Below are positions 19,140 to 26,798 of a stretch of DNA of 64,000 bases, piece after piece; within the stretch, counting starts at the first letter, position 1; every line of letters starts with the position of its first letter. Source of the stretch: a bacterium (GTDB lineage Bacteria > Bacteroidota > Ignavibacteria > Kapaibacteriales > UBA7675); contig JAUIKM010000030.1 in NCBI GenBank assembly GCA_030430495.1, forward strand, positions 40 through 64,039, given 5' to 3'. Made by a program: the position numbers and the translations under genes. The notes below the pieces were generated by a model. It was not told where the DNA came from. It searched no databases and saw only the letters and a program-made list of their open reading frames with translations.

Positions 19140-20126
19140 ATGGCCGAGCCGATCCTCGAAGTCAAAAACGTCAAGAAGTATTTCCCGATTCGCAAGGGAT
19201 TGTTCCTCAAGCATGTCAACGACGTCAAAGCCGTCGACGGCGTTTCCTTCGAATTGAAACGCGGCCAGACCCTCGGCCTCGTGGGCGAGTCCGGATGCGG
19301 CAAGTCGACGCTGGGCCGCACGATTATACGCCTGTATGAAGCCACCGAGGGGTCAATCCGCTTCAAGGGTCGCGACTTTGCGTCCATCGGCGGCGCGGAC
19401 CTGCGCAAGGAACGCCAGAACATCCAGATGATTTTCCAGGATCCCTTTGCGTCGCTCGATCCGCGTATGACCGTGGCGCAGATTCTGGAAGAGCCGTTCA
19501 AAGTCCAGGGCATCGGCGGCGATAAAAAAGAACGCGCAGCCAGAGTCCGCGAACTGCTGCGTCTGGTAGGGCTCAAAGCCAGTTATTTGAACCGCTACCC
19601 GCACGAGTTCTCCGGTGGTCAGCGTCAGCGCATCAGCATCGCGCGCGCCATGGCGCTCAACCCCGAGCTGGTTGTGGCCGACGAACCCGTCAGTGCGCTC
19701 GACGTGTCGATCCAGGCGCAGGTGCTCAACCTGATGAAGGACCTGCAGGACAAACTCAGCCTGACCTACCTGTTTATCTCGCACGACCTGGCGGTGGTCG
19801 AACACATGTGCGACGTGATTGCGGTGATGTACCTCGGCAAGATTGTGGAGATCGCCCCGCGCGAAGAACTCTTTGCCAATCCGATGCATCCTTACACACA
19901 AGCGCTGATGAGCGCCATCCCCAAAGTCGGCACGGGCAAAAAACGCATGTCCCGCACGCTGGACGGAGAAGTCCCCAGCCCGATCAATCCGCCCTCGGGC
20001 TGCGCCTTCCATCCGCGCTGCCCCAAAAAATTCGACAAATGCGACAAGGCGACGCCCGTACTGGCTACGCCGCGCGACGCCATGGCCGAACATCAGTCGG
20101 CCTGCTGGCTGCACGAGCTGAAGTGA
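19140..20126 (+). CDS. Peptide ABC transporter ATP-binding protein (OppF/DppF-type)
   Basis: ATG 19140 (MAEPILEVKNV). Walker [29 protein letters not shown], and a C-terminal CAFHPRCP motif. Confidence 0.88.
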   Translation: MAEPILEVKNVKKYFPIRKGLFLKHVNDVKAVDGVSFELKRGQTLGLVGESGCGKSTLGRTIIRLYEATEGSIRFKGRDFASIGGADLRKERQNIQMIFQDPFASLDPRMTVAQILEEPFKVQGIGGDKKERAARVRELLRLVGLKASYLNRYPHEFSGGQRQRISIARAMALNPELVVADEPVSALDVSIQAQVLNLMKDLQDKLSLTYLFISHDLAVVEHMCDVIAVMYLGKIVEIAPREELFANPMHPYTQALMSAIPKVGTGKKRMSRTLDGEVPSPINPPSGCAFHPRCPKKFDKCDKATPVLATPRDAMAEHQSACWLHELK

Positions 20127-20212
20127 CCGCGGCCCGGCCGCTCCCGCAGCTCCGAACTATTCAATCGATATCAAATATCAATTATACAGATCCCTACAAG
20201 GAGTCTTACCCA

Positions 20213-21934
20213 ATGAAGTTGCTTCGCAGTATAGTGTTAACCCTGCTCGCGGGGACGTTGGCCTTCGGCTGTGCGGAAGAAAGTTCGCTGCCGACCAACA
20301 AGGAATTCAAGATCGGCATGTCCCAGGAGTTTGAGAACCTCAATCCCCTGATCATGACGATGAATGCGACGACCTATATCTACTCCTTCGTCAACCGCAG
20401 CATCGTGACGATGGACTATAACAACAACTGGGTAACGGAAGTCTGTACCGCAATTCCGACGCTGGAGAACGGCCTGGCGCGCATCGATACCATCGACGGC
20501 GTCCCGACGCTCAAAGCCACATGGGAAATCATGGAAGGCGTCAAGTGGGGCGACGGCGAGCAGGTAACCGGCAAAGACGCCTGGTTCTCCTGGGTGGTCG
20601 GCAATACCGAGACTGTCGGCGTCGGCTCGCGCGAGGTATTTGACATGATCACGGACTGCGAAGTACACGAAGACAATCCGCGCAAATTCACCTTCACTTT
20701 TGACAAAATCCGCTGGGACTTCAACCAGCAGGGCACCTTCTACCTGCTGCCCTGGCACCTGGACGGCAAGGTTTTTGAGCAGCACAAAGGCACAAATCAG
20801 GGCTACGAGAAAAACTCGCTCTACTCAATCGACCCGACAAATCCCGGACTCTACTGCGGGCCCTACCGCGTCTCGGAAATCAAGCTGGGCGATCACGTCA
20901 CGCTGGTCAAGAACGAACACTGGTTCGGCGACGGCCCGAACATCGAAAAAATCGTGCTGATGTATCTGCCGGACACAAGCACGCTGGAAGCCAACCTGCG
21001 CGCCGGTACGATCGATATGATCTCCGTCCTCGGCCTCAAGTTCGACCAGGCGTCCAAATTTGAAGAAGGCATCGAAGCGGACAATCTGCCGTTTAAAGTC
21101 AACTTCGTCGACGGCCTCGTGTACGAACACGTCGACCTCAACCTGGACAATCCCTATCTGCAGGACGTGCGCGTGCGCCGCGCGCTGGTGCACGCCATCA
21201 ATCGCGATGAAATCACCAAGACGCTGTTTGAGAATCGCCAGAAAACGGCGATCCACAACATTTCCCCGGTTGACAGCGAGTGGTACACCGACGATCCGAA
21301 CAAGATTGTGCTCTACGATTACTCGCGCTCCAAAGCCGATTCCCTGTTAACCGACGCGGGCTGGGTCATGGGCGAAGACGGCTTCCGCTACAACGACAAA
21401 GGCGAGCGGCTGACCTTCTCGATCATGAGTACCGCGGGCGACAAAACGCGCCAGAACGTGCAGGTTATTCTGCAGAGCATGCTGCAGCGCGTCGGCGTTG
21501 AATTGACGATCAAAAACGAGCAGGCGCGCGTCTTCTTCGGTAAAACCACGCGCGAACGCCTCTACGACGGTCTGGCCATGTACGCCTGGATTTCCTCGCC
21601 GCAAAGCACGCCCAAATCGACGCTGCACACGGAGAGCATCCCCGAAGAAAGCAACAGCTACAGCGGTCAGAATACGCCGGGCTGGTCCAACCCGCGCGTC
21701 GACAGTCTGATCGATTCGATGGAAGACGAACTCGATGCCGACGTGCGCCGCGAGCACATTCATGGCATACTGTACGAATACACCAACGATGTTCCGGTGA
21801 TTCCGCTCTACTACCGCGCCAACATCTCGGTGACGCCGATTAATCTGGAAGGTTATCATTTGACCTCGCACCAGTTTTCTTCCTCGCATCACGTCGAGTA
21901 CTGGAATCTTAAACAAGCCGAAGCCGGCAAGTAA
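20213..21934 (+). CDS. ABC transporter family-5 (peptide/nickel) substrate-binding lipoprotein
   Basis: AAGGAG lies 9 nt before ATG 20213. Lipobox LAFGC. 573 aa, sitting between the ATPase and permease genes. Confidence 0.82.
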   Translation: MKLLRSIVLTLLAGTLAFGCAEESSLPTNKEFKIGMSQEFENLNPLIMTMNATTYIYSFVNRSIVTMDYNNNWVTEVCTAIPTLENGLARIDTIDGVPTLKATWEIMEGVKWGDGEQVTGKDAWFSWVVGNTETVGVGSREVFDMITDCEVHEDNPRKFTFTFDKIRWDFNQQGTFYLLPWHLDGKVFEQHKGTNQGYEKNSLYSIDPTNPGLYCGPYRVSEIKLGDHVTLVKNEHWFGDGPNIEKIVLMYLPDTSTLEANLRAGTIDMISVLGLKFDQASKFEEGIEADNLPFKVNFVDGLVYEHVDLNLDNPYLQDVRVRRALVHAINRDEITKTLFENRQKTAIHNISPVDSEWYTDDPNKIVLYDYSRSKADSLLTDAGWVMGEDGFRYNDKGERLTFSIMSTAGDKTRQNVQVILQSMLQRVGVELTIKNEQARVFFGKTTRERLYDGLAMYAWISSPQSTPKSTLHTESIPEESNSYSGQNTPGWSNPRVDSLIDSMEDELDADVRREHIHGILYEYTNDVPVIPLYYRANISVTPINLEGYHLTSHQFSSSHHVEYWNLKQAEAGK

Positions 21935-21971
21935 GCGTCAAAACGCGCGGAATTAAACAAGGACAAGCCGA

Positions 21972-22943
21972 ATGACCGCATACATAACCCGGCGTCTGAT
22001 CCAAACCTTTATCGTCACAATTCTCCTGTCTGTTGTGGCTTTCGGGGTTATGCAGTTAATGCCGGGCGATCCTCTCGACGCAATGATCAGTTCCATCCCG
22101 GATATCACGGCGGAGGACATCGCCCGACTCAAGGAAATCTACGAAATCGACAAGCCTTTTCACGAGCGCTATTTAGAGTGGATATCCGGCGTAGTACAGG
22201 GCGACCTCGGCTACTCGCGCACCTACCGCGTGCCGGTGCAGGACCTGGTGTGGGACCGTTTAATTAACACGACCCTGCTCTCGGGTTTTGCCATGGTCCT
22301 GGCGCTGATTATCGGCATTCCGCTTGGGGTGTTCTCGGGACTTAAACCCAATTCCAGGCTGGACTACACAGCCAACTTCACGGCTTTTGCCGGTATTTCA
22401 ACGCCGTCATTTTTCCTGGCCCTGGTGTTAATCATGATTTTTGCGGCCGGTTTAAAATGGTTCCCGGCCAGCGGCACCATCGACCCCAGTTACTCCAGCA
22501 TGGGTTTCTGGGAACAGATCGGCGACAGATTTTCACACCTCGTGCTGCCGGTGATTTCACTGACGGCGCTGCAGATGGGCGTGTACGTGCGCTATGCGCG
22601 CAGTTCGATGATGGAGGCCATGCGCAACGACTTTATCCGCACTGCGCGCGCCAAAGGCATGAGCCGCAAAACGGTCGTCTGGGTTCACGGCTTTCGCAAT
22701 GCCCTGATCCCGATTATCACGATCGTGGCGCTCAGCCTTTCTTTCCTCTTCTCCGGTTCGCTGATCACCGAAACGGTCTTCAGCTACCAGGGAATCGGAC
22801 AGTTCCTCTACACGGCAATTATGAACAGCGACTACAACGCGGCCATGGTCTCGTTTATGATCACCATTATCATGGTGCTCGTGATGAACCTGCTGGCCGA
22901 CGTACTCTACGCCGTCGTTGATCCGCGCATTTCCTACTCGTAA
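21972..22943 (+). CDS. Peptide ABC transporter permease (OppB/DppB-type)
   Basis: 323 aa, six TM segments, EAA-type loop (MMEAMRNDFIRTARAKG). Confidence 0.85.
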   Translation: MTAYITRRLIQTFIVTILLSVVAFGVMQLMPGDPLDAMISSIPDITAEDIARLKEIYEIDKPFHERYLEWISGVVQGDLGYSRTYRVPVQDLVWDRLINTTLLSGFAMVLALIIGIPLGVFSGLKPNSRLDYTANFTAFAGISTPSFFLALVLIMIFAAGLKWFPASGTIDPSYSSMGFWEQIGDRFSHLVLPVISLTALQMGVYVRYARSSMMEAMRNDFIRTARAKGMSRKTVVWVHGFRNALIPIITIVALSLSFLFSGSLITETVFSYQGIGQFLYTAIMNSDYNAAMVSFMITIIMVLVMNLLADVLYAVVDPRISYS

Positions 22944-22958
22944 AACACAGCAGATACA

Positions 22959-24176
22959 ATGAGCACCGTGACATCGAATCCCGCCGGAGACAACGGCCCC
23001 GCCAATGAGGAAACCGGCATCGAGCAGAACGTCGAAGCCAAGTCGATGCTGCAAATTGTGGTCTCGCAGTTTAAGGACCACAAACTTGCCGTTGCCGGTT
23101 TTATATTCATTTGCGCGGCTCTTCTGGTCGCTATTTTCGCCGACGTCATCGCGTGGGCCGTTAACATCGACCAGAACGAACAAAACCTCGGGCATCGCTA
23201 CGAGGCCATGTTCACTACGCTGGAAAAATCCTTCAGCGAGCGCGAAATCTCGCTGGAAAACTTTTTCAAGGCCGATGCCGAACGCAAAGACAGGGTCATT
23301 GGTCAACTTGCCGACGCCGGCATGATTCAGGCCGGCGCCACGCAGGAACAGGTCGTGACAAAGTTTGCCACGGACGGACTCGACGCGCTGCCGAAGCTTA
23401 AACAACTCGACGGCGGCGACATTGCCGCTTTCAACACGGTGGTTGGACGCTTCGAGACGTTTCACCTCTTCGGCACCGACGAGGTTGGCCGCGATGTGTT
23501 TATCCGCCTGGTCTACGGCACGCGCATGTCGATTTTTGTCGGTATTATCGTCGCCTTCGCCGCGGCAATTATCGGCCTGTTTATCGGCAGCATTGCCGGC
23601 TACTACGGCGGCATCCTCGACGTGTTTTTAATGCGCGTTACCGACTCGCTGATCGCCCTGCCGCGCCTGCCGATATTAATCGTTTTCTCCGCCATCTCAC
23701 TGGCTAAACTGCCCTTCCTCAACACGATGATCGGCGGCGACAACGAGAGCATCTGGAAGGTGTTTATCGTTCTGATGATTTTCTCGTGGATGACGGTCGC
23801 GCGTCTGGTGCGCGGCAGCATCCTCTCAATTCGCGAGCGCGAGTTTGTTTTAGCGGCGCGCACGCTGGGCGCCAAAGACGCCTGGGTAATTTTTCGTCAC
23901 ATCACGCCCAACGTCATTGCTCCGCTGCTCGTGGCCGTTACGCTCGGCGTGGGCGAGGCGATTCTGTCCGAAGCGGCGCTTTCCTTCCTCAGCCTCGGCA
24001 TTCAGCCGCCGACGCCTTCCTGGGGCAACATGTTAATGAACGCACGCGAGATGATTTTCGACGCGCCGCACCTGATCCTGCTGCCGGGTTTTCTGATCCT
24101 GGTAACCGTCATGAGTTTCAACTTCTTCGGCGACGGCCTGCAGGACGCAATCGACCCGAAGGCAATTCGCCGTTAA
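22959..24176 (+). CDS. Peptide ABC transporter permease (OppC/DppC-type) with a long N-proximal periplasmic insert
   Basis: 405 aa with an EAA loop (SIREREFVLAARTLGAK) and a roughly 110-aa soluble segment after TM1. Confidence 0.82.
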   Translation: MSTVTSNPAGDNGPANEETGIEQNVEAKSMLQIVVSQFKDHKLAVAGFIFICAALLVAIFADVIAWAVNIDQNEQNLGHRYEAMFTTLEKSFSEREISLENFFKADAERKDRVIGQLADAGMIQAGATQEQVVTKFATDGLDALPKLKQLDGGDIAAFNTVVGRFETFHLFGTDEVGRDVFIRLVYGTRMSIFVGIIVAFAAAIIGLFIGSIAGYYGGILDVFLMRVTDSLIALPRLPILIVFSAISLAKLPFLNTMIGGDNESIWKVFIVLMIFSWMTVARLVRGSILSIREREFVLAARTLGAKDAWVIFRHITPNVIAPLLVAVTLGVGEAILSEAALSFLSLGIQPPTPSWGNMLMNAREMIFDAPHLILLPGFLILVTVMSFNFFGDGLQDAIDPKAIRR

Positions 24177-24213
24177 ACACAGCGGATTCTATCCGGCATT
24201 CAACCGAATAATC

Positions 24214-24251
24214 AAAAAAGCGGGGTCGTACTTTTCGGCTCCGCTTTTTTT
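24214..24251 (+). terminator. Rho-independent terminator of the peptide ABC operon
   Basis: AAAAAAGCGGGG...CTCCGCTTTTTTT, 38 nt after the stop codon. Confidence 0.8.
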
Positions 24252-24313
24252 GTGCAGCGACGAACAAAAGCGGTTTTAAAGGCCTACCGCAGGTAAAGGC
24301 CCCAACCCATTCC

Positions 24314-24372
24314 AGAGCACTTCGCCTCCTTGCTGCGCCGCGGCGGCTTGTTTTTTCCTTTTGTTTGTCAGC
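24314..24372 (+). repeat. Dispersed repeat family 2, copy E2 (block 1 only)
   Basis: GAGCACTTCGCCTCCTTGCTGCGCCGCGGCGGCTTGTTTTTTCCTTTTGTTTGTCAGC aligns with the block 1 cores at 13185, 31762 and 55780. Confidence 0.6.
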
Positions 24373-24551
24373 GCGCCCCGGGCCGGGAGTTGCTGAATAT
24401 GCTGCGCGCGCACAGCCCGCGTGAGCGACCGACCGGGCCATTAAACAGTTTGTCATTTGCAAATGTGGTTTTGCGGCGTATCTTATGTCAAAACAGCCGC
24501 CGTCCCACCGGCATTGGCGGCGTCAATCACACATCAGGCCGAGAGAATGCC

Positions 24552-25232
24552 ATGCCGCTTTACGTCCTGTTTATCGTTGCAATTGCGTTTACTATTCGCG
24601 TGCGCTACGTGGCAAAGTCCAAAGGGCTTTCGCCGACGCCGTGGATTATCGCTGGTCTTGCGTCGGCCGTTGCCATGTCCCTGGCGTCAAAATACCTGAG
24701 CGGCCTGCTGGAAATCGGCATGTGGCCGACCGTTTCGGAGATTATTTCAACGCTGCTCGGACCGGCCGTGGTGTTGATTTTGCTGCACACGCGTCAGGAG
24801 CGCGAGGGCGCGCCGGGGAAACAATACTTCAGCGTTGTGTTTAACTGCCCGGAGTGCAAGGAAGAGGTGTCGTTCCCGCGTTCGCGTCGCGGACTGGCGG
24901 CCGATTGCCCGGAATGCGGCGAAGTGCTGCGCGTGCCGAACGACGAAGCGATTAAACAAAAGAGCCGTGTTAAACCGCGCGGCAACCCGGGCGATGTGGT
25001 TGTGCTGCGCAACTTCACAACCGAGCATCTGGCTGCGCGCGCTCAACACCTGCTGGAACAGGCCGGCATCGAGTCGTCGGTCGCCAGCAATACCGCCGGC
25101 TCCACGCTGACCTTTCTGCCGGAAAACTACGGCGCCGACCTGAAAGTTGAGTTAAAAGATTGGGACCAGGCTTTGCGCATCCTGGAGGATGACGATGCCG
25201 ACGACGCCGAGGGCAACGATAAGATCGATTAA
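24552..25232 (+). CDS. Membrane protein with a zinc-ribbon and a DUF2007-like C-terminal domain
   Basis: 226 aa from ATG 24552 with three or four N-terminal TM helices. CPECKEEV...CPECGEVLRVP is a four-Cys ribbon. The C-terminal VVVLRNFTTEHLAARAQHLLEQAGIES resembles the putative signal-transducing DUF2007 fold. Confidence 0.5.
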   Translation: MPLYVLFIVAIAFTIRVRYVAKSKGLSPTPWIIAGLASAVAMSLASKYLSGLLEIGMWPTVSEIISTLLGPAVVLILLHTRQEREGAPGKQYFSVVFNCPECKEEVSFPRSRRGLAADCPECGEVLRVPNDEAIKQKSRVKPRGNPGDVVVLRNFTTEHLAARAQHLLEQAGIESSVASNTAGSTLTFLPENYGADLKVELKDWDQALRILEDDDADDAEGNDKID

Positions 25233-25271
25233 ACCACAACTCAAACCAACGAACCGACTTTAAACAACAAA

Positions 25272-25303
25272 ACGCCGCACACAAATACGTGCGGCGCTTT
25301 TGT
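25272..25303. terminator. Bidirectional terminator between convergent genes
   Basis: CGCCGCAC (25273-25280) pairs with GTGCGGCG (25289-25296). It is flanked by an A tract on the left and a T tract on the right. Confidence 0.75.
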
Positions 25304-25329
25304 ATGACAGTTAACGGCCGGCCTTTAAC

Positions 25330-26532
25330 TCAGACACACCTGAGAATCTTCGCCAGACGCTCGTACTCACGAATTCTGCCGACGTAATCCGCAATTTCTT
25401 TCGCTTTTGCGTCACCGGAAATTCCGGGCAGAAACCCCTTGACGTCGGACCATTTATTCGGATCTTTCCCCTTGTCTTTGGCGGCTTTGCGCGCTTTGTT
25501 AATTGTTCCAAGCCCACCGTTGTAGGCCGCCAGAGCGAACTTGTTGGCCTCATCCGGATCCTTGAATTTGCCGTTGTCTTTAAACGTCAGCTGCTGCAGG
25601 ATAAAGGCCAGATACCAGGCCGCGACTTTAGCCGCGGTAGCGGTATCCTTGACTTCATCAATGTCGTCCGGCCACTTGATGTTCTGACCTTTGTTGTGTT
25701 TGTTAAAGTCCTTGACCACGGCCTCGCCGAGTTGAAACGGCCCCTGATATTTATCCGGTTTACCGAGGTTTGTGCCGAAGGAACTCTCCTGCGCGAGAAT
25801 GCCGAAGAGTTTGGCCAACCTGAGAGCCGCCGCAATGGATTTGCCACCGCCCGCGTCCATGGCCTTTGCGAATGTTTTATCCTTGCCCGGCGGTGCAAAA
25901 CGACCATTTTTCACAACCCATTCGATTGCCGCCTTGCAGGCATCCGAATTGCGTTTGCACAGCGCCGGATCCTTTTTCCACTTTTCGGCATTGGCGCGCA
26001 GCTGTTTAAGTTGTTCATCTGTTAACGCGCTGTCCGCATCGCGCGGCGGCGCGCCGCCCTGTTGATCGCCGTCTTGCTTGTCGCCGTCCTGCTTGTCGCC
26101 GTCCTGCTGGTCGCCGTCTTGTTGATCGCCGTCTTGCTGATCGCCGTCCTGCTGGTCGCCGTCCTGCTGGTCGCCGTCCTGCTGGTCGCCGTCCTGCTTG
26201 TCGCCGTCCTGCTTGTCGCCGTCCTGCTTGTCGCCGTCCTGCTGGTTTTTCTTGCGTTCTTTGGCAAGTTCGCCTTCAAGCCAGGTGCAGTATTTCTCGT
26301 TTAACATCGCCCCGGTTTGCGGGCCGATTTTACCGTCTTCTTTCAGGCCGTTGGCCTTCTGAAATTTCTCGACGGCCTTTTTGGTTTTGCTGCCGAACTC
26401 ACCGTCGACGCCGTCCTCGTTTGGACCGCCGGTTCCGAGGTCGTATCCAAGGGCGCGCAGTTCTTTCTGCGCCTGCGTGTTTTTGGGGTGTTTTTTCCCT
26501 TTTTTGAGAAAATCCCCGGGCTCAATGTACAT
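25330..26532 (-). CDS. PG-binding domain / acidic DGDxQ repeat / family-1 lytic transglycosylase (SLT) protein without a signal peptide
   Basis: ATG 26532 with GGAG 8 nt upstream. PG_binding_1-like region is AQKELRALGYDLG...DGEFGSKTKKAVEKFQKANGL.EDGKIGPQT. Twelve DGD(K/Q)Q repeats. SLT motifs LAQESSFG, GPFQL and AAYNGG. Confidence 0.8.
   Translation of the reverse strand: MYIEPGDFLKKGKKHPKNTQAQKELRALGYDLGTGGPNEDGVDGEFGSKTKKAVEKFQKANGLKEDGKIGPQTGAMLNEKYCTWLEGELAKERKKNQQDGDKQDGDKQDGDKQDGDQQDGDQQDGDQQDGDQQDGDQQDGDQQDGDKQDGDKQDGDQQGGAPPRDADSALTDEQLKQLRANAEKWKKDPALCKRNSDACKAAIEWVVKNGRFAPPGKDKTFAKAMDAGGGKSIAAALRLAKLFGILAQESSFGTNLGKPDKYQGPFQLGEAVVKDFNKHNKGQNIKWPDDIDEVKDTATAAKVAAWYLAFILQQLTFKDNGKFKDPDEANKFALAAYNGGLGTINKARKAAKDKGKDPNKWSDVKGFLPGISGDAKAKEIADYVGRIREYERLAKILRCV
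26059..26238 (-). repeat. 15-bp in-frame tandem repeat x12 inside the SLT gene
   Basis: Plus-strand unit CTGCTKGTCGCCGTC, repeated 12 times with only third-position-type variation. Encodes (DGDK/QQ)12. Confidence 0.9.
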
Positions 26533-26798
26533 GATGGTACTCCGATTAACGTGGTAGAAACTCTGAGCAGAAGATGGCCTCGCGTCCATTGGTGTTGAGC
26601 AGAAGAATGGTGCGTGGCGTTGCGGAAGATACACAACGGAGTCGGTGAGTTCAAAATTGCAGGCGGTAAAAACGCGTAATTTGTTCTTCCAACGAAAAAC
26701 CCGGCCGCGGCTGTCCGCCGCGACCGGGTCTGTTCATCTGAATTCAATTGGAGTCCAATGCGGCGTAAACGACGCCGCGACCAATGCAGACTCTCGTG

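Noticed and set aside
24118-24462. Conserved basic peptides (ADKQKEKTSRR, ADKQKEQASRNKRR, TNKRKKQAA) encoded antisense to repeat family 2, as small protein genes
   Set aside because: The shared peptide is only ~10 aa and is read in different frames in different copies. It has no consistent start, stop or RBS. The similarity is better explained at DNA level, by the AT-rich repeat core.
26022-26304. Small ORFs encoding (TATSR)n or (LLVAV)n repeats
   Set aside because: They are alternative-frame or antisense readings of the 15-bp repeat inside the SLT gene. Only the DGD(K/Q)Q frame is continuous with the flanking PG-binding and SLT domains.
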